Part shown: piece by piece, positions 37,002-49,435 of the stretch
Layout: every line of letters begins with the position of its first letter
Position numbering within the stretch: position 1 is the stretch's first letter
Assembly: GCA_023515725.1 (NCBI GenBank)
Contig: JALDTO010000266.1
Location: forward strand, 1,509,608-1,573,607
Direction: 5' to 3'
Length of the DNA: 64,000 nt
From: Amoeboaphelidium protococcarum X5
Taxonomy: Eukaryota > Fungi > Aphelidiomycota
The notes under the pieces: generated by a model
Database searches by the model: none
The model's input: the letters and a program-made list of their open reading frames with translations, nothing else
What the model was told of the DNA's origin: nothing
Program-made: the position numbers and the translations under genes

Positions 37002-40000
37002 CCGGGCAAATTATATGGTTATACGCCTAGTCGGGAAAAAATTATATCGCTGCCGACCGCAGGTCGGTTGCGATATTTTATACGGATTTCAAGGGATGAG
37101 TAAGAAGAAACCGAAGATCTGCGATCATATCCACTCAATTACTCAATCAGTTCATAAAATCACGTCTATTTCAACTTTCTCTCTCTTTCTACACGCTTTC
37201 TGAACTTTTTATAGAGACTTGTACGCATTTACAACAAAGAATCGTCTAACTAACTTGATGCATCGCATCTTTTGGAAGAATGGCCTTCAGTACATTAATT
37301 GGAATCAGCCATCAATCTTGGCTTCCAGCAGATTTTGCAGACTTGTTTCACTGATTCGCTTCTCAAATTACTGTCCAACTCTTCTTCATTGACAAATCCG
37401 TTTTCAGGTGTCAACACGTCGTCGCCGAATCTCTAACGCAGCAGTTCAGTCAAATTGACAGCCTCAGTCATTGTGACAGGCCCAGTATCAGCTTAAATGA
37501 TATCGACGGTATGATAAGTTAATTAGTTAAAGGTCGGCTGTTCGTTGATGTCTACATTCTCTCCAAAATTGTCAACTCTAGGAATATCATCACCATCAGG
37601 CAGACCCAAAACTGGATTGAACAAAGTGCCCATATCCAGATTGGTGAAGTAAGCATCGTCTATACTATCAACTAATCTCTAAATATCCTAATCTGCAGTA
37701 GCAAGCAAATCATTGACACTCTAAACAGACTGAGTAGCAGGACAGATGCAGCTCAAATTGTTCAATGAAGTCTGTGTTTCTACAGATACATGTTCAACTA
37801 CTTAGACAGTTTACTCAGTAGACACCTAATGCAACTACGGAATTTCGAACGGAATATGCAATGCTGTTGGGTCAGTCAAATGATTTTATAGCTGTCTGAA
37901 CTGGGCCTTAAATGGATCAATCGCGTATTTGCATGCCAACTTACGTTCCACAATATCTTCAAAACTCTTCAAATGGCTTGGTGCTTTAAAAGAGTATTCT
38001 GATAACAAATCATCAACTTCAGACTAATTTGAGCAGGCGGCAATCTTGTTATAAACCAGAAAATTCCATCGATCAGCCATTTACTCATAATCTACTTACT
38101 TATCATCACCGTTTTTCTTGGTGCAATATTGTTCAAACAGTGACATGAATAAGATGAGCTCTTTTTGGGAGGAGACGGGACGTGATATGACATTGAATGC
38201 AAACTTAGAGATCATATCATCGGAGTTCAGCTTGATGGGCTCAGTAGATATATCACTCTAATCCATATCAATAACAGTCAAATCAACTTCAACTGGATCG
38301 GCCAGTGCATCAATCAGTTCTTCATCAAAGCCACCTTCGCATTCCATCATCAGCTACTAGTCAGAAATGTTCTTTAGATCAAGAGATTTGCCCAAATACT
38401 TACTACAGCCAAATTTAACAGATTTTGAGAATTCAGATACCTGTGGAATGGTCAGATTCTCAAAAACAGGACACTTGAAGTATTTCGCATTGTCGACATA
38501 CAACTGCTTAATTTAGCTCAGCACTAGTGGGTTGTAAATATGAAAATCCGGAGTCAGCCCACAGGTCAGTGCCGCATCTTGATTTCTTCTGTAGACAAAG
38601 TCCATGAGCATAACATTATATAGCTCAGGAGAGATAGACTTTGCTTAAAACGCATTGTACAACATCATGTGATATCCTTCTTATTGGCTGGTACCTCTAA
38701 AACACTTGAACTACTTAAAAGATCCATCATCTCCAGGCTTTAATTGCAAGTACATGTCAACACCAGGAGGATCTGATAAACAGCCATCTTTGGCGTGCTT
38801 CAGATTACGCTCGTGATGTTTCATTACTTGATCATCAATGAACTCACTGTTAACCGCTCTGAACATTTAGACCACCTGATCAATTCTATTCGACAAAATA
38901 TCCGCAGGTGGAACAAATCTTCTCACTTTACCATTACGCAATAGATAGCTTCTCTTGATCTGATCCATTTACTTATCTGATACTCCACGCTGCTGTAATA
39001 CTGACTTCACATCTTGCATGTCTTCTTCAGAACAGATGAATATCGCGTCGCGGAGGTTGGAGGCAAAGAGAGAGTATAGAGGATGTTTCTTCTTAACAGG
39101 ATACCGCTCCATGAAATGAAATATATCCAAGAGTACTCGCTATCCTTATCCAGTAGCTGACAGAGATTCAAACATATCAGAGAGAAATGCTCTTTCAGTG
39201 CAGCAGAGATCTGTGAAGAAAGCCTGAGGACCCTCTTCATCTTTGGCCGCATAGCGCTGCTTCAAGACTTCAAATTCACCAGTCAACTCTTTCAGACTTT
39301 TGTTTGGCACAAGCCAGAATCCAGCTACTTGGCCATACTCATTCACCAAGGAGTATAATCCCTCAAATATCTACTGAGACTTAGACACAGGCACCTTGGC
39401 TGCTTTGAAAGTGTGATCACCGCTCAAAACTTTGCCAGTAACTTGCGCGACAGCGGCGTTCTTCAGATCATACACATCCATTTGGCTCTTATAATAGAAT
39501 TTCTTTAAAACAGTAGTGGATGGAATGGATACGTTATACTAATCTTTGTCGCTGAATTCTGGAAATGGGTCAATCAGTGCAGGCAAAGCTTAAAACATTA
39601 AAGTCTTCTATGGGTTCCTTCTAACAAATGTTGATGCGGACAGATAGGCAAGATGTCTTGATTAATGCTAGTTGTTGAACAGCTCATCCAACATCTTTAC
39701 AAACTCATTAAAAGAGACTCCTCGCATGATCATCCTATCCATTAATTAAATCAATTAGTTGTCCAGGATCGTGTTGTCAATCACCGTACACGGCAACTAT
39801 TGCTAAACATGAGGAGGAAGATGCTGCAAAGTATCTGGATCTATTCCACGAAACTCCTTACCAGTCCTGCCACCAGTACCACAGTGACACAGATTGCATT
39901 TGTACCTCTTGAACATGATGTAATACGACTGACCAATGCCTATTACTTTTCGAGGCCCTACTGCTGACCAGCCTGCTACCTTAACGTGACCATCCACAAC

Positions 40001-41036
40001 GCCATGAACTGGACAAGGCATGTGGCGAACACCAAGATGATGGAAAAACACTTCTGGCGTCCAGAATATAACTTTCTCCTTCACAAAATCCTAGCTCTCC
40101 ATATAATCTGAGACTAATAAAGGATTAGGCGGATAAATCCAGATATCACGCCAGGACAGAGGATTCAGCGGCTTGCAATCGCAGACACCATGACACCTTG
40201 ACGACGTTGCATTGCATTGATAGCCGCGCGAACCTGTTCCTTTAATGGCGTAGTCAATCTCATCAGTGTACTTGACTATAAATGCGGTGGAGGGATGACT
40301 TCTCCAATTCTAATCTTTCTACTCAATCACTAACGTGGCATTAACTTGATCATCATTTTCGACTGAGGAGGTAGTATCATGATGAGCATTAATATCATTT
40401 GTTTCAGGCGTCTGATCAGACGCGGATTGATGAACTGGTACATTAGCGAAAGAGTCCACTGATTGTAAGGATGCTCCAGTCAGCCAACTTGACAAAGTAT
40501 TCGCGGAACCTGCGATACTGTTGTTCTTCTTTAACTATTCCAAACAAAATTTAGTGTGCGGCTTCTTATTAGATGGGAAATGAAGATTTTTACATATCGG
40601 GCACTTCCAAGTCTTACCAGGATGGATCGGTGCATTTTCTGCGTCTTCTCTCTGCCTCTTGATCTTCCTTGCACCAGGAGGAGGGACATAATTGCTGATG
40701 GACATTCCATTGGTAGTGTTCATTCTCAAAATCTCTCTTAACAGTGAAGTTCGCTCTACAAAAGTAATGAAATAAGTATTGAGATTGGAAATTAAATCAT
40801 ACTATATTTTGACTACGACTTTCTTTTAGGCTTCTCACGGCACTTTTTATTTTGAATGCTGATATCAGAGTCAGATATAGGCAACTGTATATCTGATACT
40901 GAAGCTGATATTTCTGAAACAGTGTTGGTCGCACGCGCAGTTTATGTAGCGACATTGTCAACAACATTGTCAGCGACATTCGTTTGATCGTGTTAGCGAC
41001 AATTTTGTAGCGACATTTGGCTTAAGAGTAGTAAGG
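37002..41036 (-). mobile_element. KDZ/Zisupton-related DNA transposon, ~4.03 kb, without obvious TIRs
   Basis: Flanked by the direct repeat GTACC (36999-37003, 41036-41040), equivalently TA|CC...GG|TA. Has a subterminal hairpin, TGT(N)AGCGACA repeats and a large transposase. Confidence 0.78.
37160..40723 (-). CDS. KDZ/Zisupton-like transposase (DUF6729-like region plus catalytic core), intact ~1187 aa
   Basis: One frame (TAR=Q): CPIC knuckle, FWTPE..MPCPVH..GPRKVIG..RYKC, VLSGDHTFK, VNEYGQV, FFTDLCC, LLDIFHFMER, CLSDPP, FRGTSQQEGYH, C-terminal CKIC..H..C. Confidence 0.82.
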
Positions 41037-41620
41037 TACCCGAAAATCCTCCTCAGCCCATCCAATTTACTAAAGACTTCTCGAAAGTGCAATGCATAAT
41101 TCAGCGCCACGAGACAGGATATCAAGACTACGAGTTTCATCACACCTAGTGTAGATCGTATATTATTTAGGTAAAGATATACACGCACTGAACGGAATTT
41201 TGAATATTTTCCAGAAGGCTTAAAAGAAATTTAGATCATGTATGGCTGACTTTCCTCTTTTGGTGTCAACGACGCCCCTTGACACTTTTTTTTTGAAACC
41301 GTCAACTTCATGTGTTAAGCTGGAATAAAAGTGGGAACTCCCGTTGCCATAGGAATGAAGCAAGCTATGATCTTAATTCTGATTTCTAGATTGTTAGTGA
41401 TATGATTGATTTATACAGTTTTATTGCAGCTAATTAGGCCGAGAGCCGGTGACCAATGAGCCGTAACGATCGATGGTGATTCAATCATGTACTCGAATGG
41501 CTGTTATTGCTCACTCACGCGGTGACTCAATGTGACATGTTGCTCTCGGTGCCCATTGGAAACTCTTTTATTCCACTTTATATTTAAACATCTTATCGTT
41601 ATAAGTAAATAAACTTTACA

Positions 41621-42086
41621 ATGCAGGATAAGAAGTAGTAGGAGAATTTCACGTAATCAGAGAACAGACAGTTGGAAGGTAGAAAGAATGTGGGCAGAGA
41701 AGCTATGAGAGGTGGATTGTTTGGAGCGGCACTCTCTGGTTCATTAGTGGCATTATTCAACACGTACCGTAAGCATATTTGAATCATTTAGTTGATCGAG
41801 AAATTATATATCTTAGTGTGTAGACAAGGACTTTAAGCAGACTCCAATGGCTTTCAAGACTGGCGTAATTCTTGGTGTGACTGGCCTGTTTGCATTCTTG
41901 GCTGGTAGAACTGCCTCATTGGAAATGGTGGAACGCGGTGATATGCCGGTGCAGTTGTCGCCACAGACTATTTATGGCCAGTCCCTCTCCAATCCTCCCA
42001 AGAATGAAAAACACTTGAAACAAGAAGAGTACATCCAAGAGCATGGACACGACGCAAGACAGGATGCGCAACTGCATCGCCAATGA
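41621..42086 (+). CDS. Small two-TM membrane protein, Rcf2-N/Rcf3-like (mitochondrial); intron 41769-41823
   Basis: REAMRGGLFGAALSGSLVALFNTY|HKDFKQTPMAFKTGVILGVTGLFAFLAG. A 55-nt GTAAG..TAG intron keeps the frame. Confidence 0.6.
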
Positions 42087-42843
42087 ATATTATCATTTTA
42101 ATATATTATTGATTTTATATTATGAGAGCTTTTCTTTTTCATAACACGTTTCACTCCTACCACATATAACGTATAAAGTTCACAATATGATTGGAGTGGT
42201 TCTACTTGGAACACACAACGCTTTCACTAAACGTCTTGTCCTATCGCCTTAATATGCCGCCATATTTCAAATTTTTTACATGTATGGCTCAATGCATATT
42301 CTCGAAAGGAAGGCTTCCTTATATTTGATTCAAATATCTCAGAGGCCACTGTCGCAAACGTAATAATGGATCCTTTAGTCGCGTCTTATCGCAAGTCGGA
42401 ATCTTGTTTTGTTTCTCTAAGTAACATCTCTACCCGAGTACCATGCAATATAAATTGCAAATTAAAGCGCTCCGCATAATGCTCAGTTATTCTGGAATGG
42501 TAGAAAAAAGAAGTTGAATTGAATAGATGGTTTTGAATAATTGCCTGGTTTGCCCAAAGCTATTGAACCTGAAAAGATTGAAACGCCATTGAGTCACGAT
42601 ATTGATATCTACTTTGAGAGAAATTTGTTCATAGACCAGAGAACTTAAGCTGATGAGTCCGACTTGGCAGTAAATTTAAGAGCGAGAGAGGATAGTTTCT
42701 TCAATTATAGTTCAGGTAAAGGGAGGAGGCTGAATTCACAGTAGATCTCTGTTACAGCCATGAGAGAACAAGGAGAAACGGCTAACTGTTCGACTGGCAT
42801 AAAGCTAATATTTAAGCGAAAGTGCAATGCTTATGTAACTTAA

Positions 42844-43517
42844 CCCATTGACCGCCGACGCAAACAAACAGTTGCCTAATCGGCAACCCCCTCCAGATAC
42901 GCATCACGCCGACACCCCTTTTTTGAGAAAAAAATTATTAAAATATTATAAATAAGGGTTTTAATACATGCTGATTGCAGATATAATATTCTTTTTTTTT
43001 CAAAAATATATTTATTACCGCGAAATCTCACTTCAAACGAATAGAGGTGCGGCGATAGTGCTTTCCTGACTATTTCAACAGCTAAAGATGAAATTCGAGA
43101 AAGCATTTTTTCTTTTCGGTTGGAGCACATAAATATATATCGCATTTAGTGCATTTGGTATTAGTTCTAGTATTCTTGGACTTCTTTTCAGTGATATTCA
43201 ATGAGCTCTAGATATACTCAGTGGTGTTGCAGAACGCGCATTTCTAGTCTACTTTCACCCAAGTTGGCAGACAATTGGAACACAGCAACTTTTCTCTCAA
43301 TCGCTTGTCGCGGTCGTCTTGATTGATGCGTATTTTCTTATTCAACTTCAACTGAATCCTGATGTTAATCTTCTGGCTTACACTGAGAAAAGTCCAGGTA
43401 GCTATCGAACGCACAATACACGTCAGAGCTTTGATACTATTTGAGTCATTTATTCAAGTTGCCTAATCGGCGTCACCGTTGTTTTTCGACAAAACAAACG
43501 CTGCGGCGGTCAATGGG
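42844..43517. mobile_element. Non-autonomous piggyBac-type element (MITE), 674 bp
   Basis: TTAA|CCCATTGACCGCCG ... CGGCGGTCAATGGG|TTAA (14-bp TIR, TTAA TSD at 42840-43 and 43518-21). Subterminal direct repeat GTTGCCTAATCGGC near both ends; no coding capacity. Confidence 0.9.
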
Positions 43518-43744
43518 TTAAAGAAGGGCAGATATTTGAGATTTCATCTCAGTGATTGTGAATAAACAGATGTACACATTGAGTGTCTGTTTAAATATAT
43601 GATTTAATAATAATAACTTGTAAAGTTCTCCAATTGTCCTTAAGAGAGTTGAGATAGTCCCCCAAAGTGAAATTTCTCCGCATGCCTCTTGATCACCGGC
43701 GTTCATCTCCGGGTCATAGAATGGACGCACCCAGCCTCACTAAA

Positions 43745-43832
43745 GCAAGTTGGTATGAGTCACTGGCCGCTCAAAATGGTGGAAAAGGGAGGCAAGCCGC
43801 AAATCCAGGTTGGGTATAAGGGCGAGTAGAAT
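43745..43832 (+). pseudogene. Old, diverged HSP70 ATPase-domain relic
   Basis: QVGMSHWPLKMVEKGGKPQIQVGYKGEQ compared with intact [28 protein letters not shown]. Confidence 0.7.
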
Positions 43833-44327
43833 CATTTGTATTCCGGCAATCCATTACTTAAGTTCCAAAGCATCAAATTTGGTATTTAAATTAACGGGCG
43901 CGTTACCTTTGCGCAATGCAATTAATGATAGTTTTACTCTGCGCCAATCATTGTAATTTTTGAGCGAGTCTACTAGAGAGATTTGAGTATTGCTGGCTGT
44001 TTGTAAATACTGTATTTGGAGAAACGCGCGAATCGCCATTCCAATGGACATATATTGCCGTGACTTATGCTCCATCTACCTCTTCCGCATTTTTTACAAC
44101 CGGTAACGAAGTCAGTAAGATTAGGTCTGATCGTACCGCGTCATGGAAAGTCAGTGATGATCGCCAATACAAACATTAATTTGATACTTGTTTAGAAATC
44201 TTGACTTTAAAAAACTTATATGTGATTCTTGCTCACCGTTTATACTTGAAACAACATCTTTTATGGCTGATCGCTGTCTTAATATTTCCTCATGGAACAT
44301 CAAACAGCATCGCGTTGTGATTCCGCT

Positions 44328-44347
44328 AGAACACGCGCGAAAATTCC
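44328..44347 (+). promoter_or_regulatory. Possible gap-type heat-shock element
   Basis: aGAAc-acgcg-cGAAa-aTTCc about 165 bp upstream of the HSP70 ATG. Confidence 0.35.
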
Positions 44348-44510
44348 ACGAGGCGCAGAGAGAGCGTGAATAACCTTAACGGAGGAACGCGGTGGATCAG
44401 AAAAGAAGAATATTGATTAAAGGGAGCTCAACACAGCCCACCACTTTTATCCTTTTTTCCATCAGTAAAATTTCTGAATATAACACGAAATATATAATCG
44501 AAAATAAGAA

Positions 44511-46436
44511 ATGACTTCCAAGGCAATTGGTATTGATTTAGGAACTACGTACAGCTGTGTCGGTGTGTGGTAGAATGAGAAAGTTGAGATCATTGCGAAT
44601 GATTAAGGTAACAGAACTACTCCCAGCTATGTGGCCTTCACAGACAGCGAGAGATTGTTGGGTGATGCTGCAAAGAATCAGGTTGGTCTGAATCCTTACA
44701 ATACCGTGTTTGATGCTAAGCGTTTGATTGGTCGCAAGTTTGCTGATGCCGAGGTGCAATCTGACATGAAGCACTGGCCTTTCAAGGTGATTGACAAGGC
44801 TGGCAAGCCATTCATTTAGGTTGAGTATCTGGGCGAGACCAAGACTTTTACTCCTGAGGAAGTCAGCGCCATGGTTCTGACTAAGATGAAGGAGACTGCT
44901 GAGGCATTCCTGGGTGCCAAGGTGACCAATGCTGTGGTGACTGTGCCTGCTTACTTTAACGACTCTCAGCGTCAGGCTACCAAGGATGCTGGTAGTATCG
45001 CTGGTCTGAATGTGATGAGAATTATCAATGAGCCTACCGCTGCTGCTATTGCCTACGGTTTGGACAAGAAGACCAAGGGCGAGAAGAATGTGCTCATCTT
45101 TGACTTGGGTGGTGGTACTTTCGATGTCTCCCTGCTGACCATTGAGGAGGGTATCTTTGAGGTGAAGGCTACCGCTGGTGACACTCACTTGGGTGGTGAA
45201 GATTTCGACAACCGTCTGGTTACTCACTTTGCTCAAGAGTTTAAGAGAAAGCACAAGAAGGATCTGTCTGGTAATGCTCGCTCGCTGCGCCGTTTGCGTA
45301 CTGCTTGTGAGCGTGCAAAGCGTACTCTGTCCAGCGCCACCCAGGCTTCTATTGAGATTGACTCGCTGTTTGAGGGTGTTGATTTCTACACCTCGATCAC
45401 TAGAGCTAGATTTGAGGAGCTGTGTGGTGACTTGTTCCGTGGTACTCTGGACCCTGTGGAGAAGGTGTTGCGTGACTCCAAGATTGACAAGAGCCAGGTG
45501 GACGAGATTGTTCTGGTTGGTGGTTCCACTCGTATTCCAAAGGTGCAAAAATTGGTGAGCGATTTCTTTAATGGAAAGGAGCCAAACAAGACTATTAATC
45601 CTGATGAGGCTGTCGCGTATGGTGCTGCTGTCCAGGCGTCCATTCTTAGTGGAGAAACTTCAGAGAAGACTTAGGACTTGCTGTTGTTGGATGTTGCCCC
45701 ATTGTCCCTGGGTATTGAGACTGCCGGTGGTGTGTTTACCGCTCTGATTAAGAGGAACACTACTATTCCAACCAAGAAGAGTGAGATCTTCTCCACCTAC
45801 GCCGACAATCAACCTGGCGTGTTGATTCAGGTGTTTGAGGGTGAGCGTGCACGTACTGCGGACAATCACCAGTTGGGTAAATTCGAGCTGACTGGAATTC
45901 CTCCTGCTCCAAGAGGTGTGCCTCAGATTGAGGTGACTTTTGATATTGACGCTAATGGAATCCTCAATGTCAGCGCTTCGGATAAGACGACCGGGCGCTC
46001 CAACAAGATTACCATCACCAATGACAAGGGTCGTCTGAGTCAGGAGGACATTGAGAGAATGGTAAGTGAGGCTGAGAAGTACAAGAAGCAGGATGAGGAG
46101 GCTACTGCACGTATCCACGCCAAGAATGGACTGGAGTCTTATGCTTATAATCTGCGCAACACTTTGAACGATGACAACCTGAAGGGCAAGATTGATGAGG
46201 CTGACAAAGAGACTCTGGAGAAGGCCATCACTGAGACAATCAGCTGGTTGGACTAGAACTTGGAGGCTAGCAAGGAGGAGTTTGAGAGCAAGCAGAAGGA
46301 GCTGGAAGGTACTGCCAACCCAATCATGACCAAGCTGTATCAAGCCGGTGGAATGCCTCAAGGTGCTGCTCCAGGCGGTGCTCCAGGTGCACCTCAGCCA
46401 GACACTACCGGTCCATCTGTTGAGGAAGTTGACTGA
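44511..46436 (+). CDS. HSP70: Cytosolic HSP70 (Ssa type), 641 aa, intronless
   Basis: [16 protein letters not shown][TAG]N..IIANDQ[TAA][11 protein letters not shown]...[11 protein letters not shown]. Confidence 0.98.
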
Positions 46437-46894
46437 TATGCTCACTGATTAAACTGAATTTACTAAATATGGCAAATGAAAGTGGCTGAATAAATATAGT
46501 AATAACTCACGATTCTTTGTCAATATATCTACATTTAGTTTCTTATCTGATACAATGGTATTCTCATTCATTGCTGCATAGTGATGTTACGCGTTATTAT
46601 GCTTCCTCATTGCGTCGTAACATCTTCACTCGCTGACTCCCTCTATCGCTGTCGGATTGCCGCCTGACTCTACACGCGTTAATCGCTGTGAAGCACTGTA
46701 AAGAGTAATTACAATATAATTGGGTGGATAAATTAACTTTAACTGATAAATGCTGGACAATGATATAGGTTGCTTTAATTATGGTGCCGTAAACATTATA
46801 TCCTTGTTGAATAACGAGAATGTAAAAATTTTATGGGCCTTTTAAAGTCATGGTTAGAAACTATTTGGCTGTGAAGATAGTCTGAATTGGACAA
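45764..46894 (+). repeat. Source copy of the inverted duplication at 32422-33550
   Basis: See the paired feature. Confidence 0.93.
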
Positions 46895-47343
46895 GACAAA
46901 GTTACGGTATAGGAACGTTCTTATTTCTAGCTTAATGGGCTGTTTCTTTATCATCATGAAATGGCCATCTTACAACTGATGTTCATTATTTGTTCTTTCT
47001 ACAGTATTTAGTCAAGTTTAATAACGCGATTGAATGCTTCTAAATGGAGAAACTTCATTGACCTCAGATCTCCATCAGATGCTGTAACGCGTTCGTTTGC
47101 CTTTTAAATCTGTAACAATAGCGATTAAAGTTGAAAAATGCCCGATTCTGTTTGGTAGACGATCAAAGAGTTCAGACTAGTTGTGTCGTTCCAAACGACT
47201 AGGAATTTGGCGAATATACTGCAAACCGGTTTATGATATGATGCTTTCCAGCCAAGTTAAATAACGCTGCATAACAAAAATAAGCGAGAACCATAATGCA
47301 CAAATAGATAACTACAAAACACAAGATTAATGATTGTATTTCA

Positions 47344-49259
47344 TCACAGAATATCTTATTAAACGAGAGAATGAGATAACGTGTAGTATCCAATCGCTAT
47401 CATAGAACCAAAAAGAATAACTTTAAACATGGACGCAAAGATAGCCGCGTTTCTACTGTCAGTTGCTGCAGTATTCAAATCGTGCCCATTATTAATCTTT
47501 ACACTGGACAGCATATTCTCAAGTCCTGTAGAATCAACCAAATTATCACCACTTTTAATATTCCGTATATTGAATTTCGAATCTCGAAGATTTACCCCGG
47601 ACTAGCGAGTGCCCTTCTATGGGATATTAAGTCCTTTTAATCTATTAGACATTTAGCCCGAACTTTGTGAAAACGCAGAGCTTTCAGACTATGATTTAAA
47701 TCCAAATCCACGTTAATGAGTCTCGCTAGCCTGGCGCGCACTTATATTGAAAGTCAGTCCAGAACCACCACTATTATAAGATTTAGATACTGAGTGTACG
47801 GTCTGAGAGCCAGGTGACGCCATCTATGACAAGCTTGACGGGGACTACTACGCAAACCTTCGTCGACCATCGATATGAAAAGGATGATATGGCAAACTTC
47901 CATCTACTCCATTTACAGATGAATTCTTCGTTTTAATGTGATCTTATACTCTATGAGCATCCACATCATCTAGACTCTCGTTCCGGAAGGATAAAGATCC
48001 TAGTAAATTCTAAGCGTCTCTATCATTAGTAATCTACTATTCTTCAACTTATATAGAGTTATTGATAATCGTTGACTCATGCTTCAAGTTCTTACCAATA
48101 GACTTTAACACTTTAGACTATGAACTAAGTGATACCATAATTCTGCTGGCATACATTTAAACTAATATCAGAGTGAGCATGCTAAAGCAAACAATATATG
48201 CGTTTTACTAATGATAATATAGGAGCAAGGCTGAATATATCCCAAACTAAAAAATCTTGCAAGTGATGTATTGAATCTTTTAACCATTCGGACAGCGACG
48301 CATGGCCAATGGAAGTCGGAGATTAAGTAGTAATAAAGCAATCAACACCATTCTTAAGTACCAAGATTAAATGACATTCAACTTTAACGATTATGGAATA
48401 ATTATGATATCATTTATGCCAGGCCAACCAGAGATTACAACAAAGAGTAAAAGAACTTAAGATACTATTCCAATACTATCAATCGTAGAATACAACCAAG
48501 ATCTCTATCCATCAATGTAATTGTGCTTATCATCTAGAGACTATTTCTATAGAGATAACATATTAGAACTTCGAGTAAGCATCCTATTCATCGCATCAGC
48601 CATAACGAAGCGCTTAGAATTGTTGAGTACTTTTTCAACAACCAATTCACATTGAGCACAAAGAGGAAACATTGATTCAATATGCGCTTCATATCGACTG
48701 GCTTGGACGGCAAACTTCTCCTCACTTCCCACCTGGGGACAATCATATCTACGCAGCAAGTCCACTTTCCGCCTCTAATTATCTTGGCAAGACTCACAAA
48801 GCTAGAGACTTTTATTAATAGTTTCAGTACCACTTTACTTATTGAATATACTAGATGGAGAATATAAAGTACCTAAAAAATTACTCTGACGCCGCCTACT
48901 AGGACTTTATGGTCTACTATACTCTTACGAGTGATCCACTTCCACGTCCATGACATTACCGTGGCGATCATATTTGTTCAATGAACCACACTTGGTGCAT
49001 TCAAATTAATAACCAGCGCCGTGAGATTAGTCATATTATACATCATTGAGACTCGGTACATACACTCTTTATGAGCAATAATGACAATACGGATGAATCC
49101 TTCTCCACCTCATGACTGCATATCGAACACACCCATAGCATAGTGCACCTACAAATACGAACCATAATACTCTCAAAATAACTAAATAATATTATGAACC
49201 TTACAAGCTGTTATAAATACGATAAGCTTAATTTCCAGTGGACTAAGATCAATCTGCAT
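47344..49259 (-). CDS. IMA1: Inner nuclear membrane protein Ima1/TMEM201(Samp1)-like; intron 49149-49204
   Basis: N-terminal TM, CHYC..FECTKCGSLN, ESMFPLCAQCELVV, central TMs, STGLENML motif. Confidence 0.8.
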
Positions 49260-49435
49260 GATATAAACTGACAAATATACCAGTAAATAATTTATAATTG
49301 TTATTTAGGAGAGAAGAACAATGGGCGGACGCGCGTCAATTTAAAGAGGACAAGACGGAGCTGAAAGGGGAGCGAGAGAGAAGGATTTTCTTCATTGAAT
49401 CTATGAGTAAATTTTGATATATTTAGAAGAAAATA

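Larger units (their letters stand above)
36492..41140 (-). pseudogene. Signal-peptide-bearing orphan gene split by the KDZ element (parts 41140-41036 and 36998-36492)
   Basis: Removing the insertion restores one 203-aa frame: MKLVVLISCLVALNYALHFREVFSKLDGLRRIFGY|SRPQSLGG...FQIS*. Confidence 0.7.

Noticed and set aside
37020-37080. Helitron 3' end (hairpin followed by CTAG on the minus strand)
   Set aside because: No Rep/helicase is present, the reconstructed boundary is ~25 bp further out and there is a target duplication. Kept as part of the KDZ element.
43854-44075. 73-aa minus-strand ORF upstream of HSP70
   Set aside because: Short, with no motif or supporting gene structure.
44538-46445. 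Long antisense ORFs over HSP70 (336 and 261 aa), also 32869-33570 and 21939-22583
   Set aside because: Antisense open frames are a known by-product of codon bias in HSP70 and other highly expressed genes. No independent protein features.
46960-47340. Plus-strand signal-peptide-like start MAILQLMFIICSFYSIQS
   Set aside because: In-frame TGAs follow within ~55 codons and no homology was recognised. Too weak to call.
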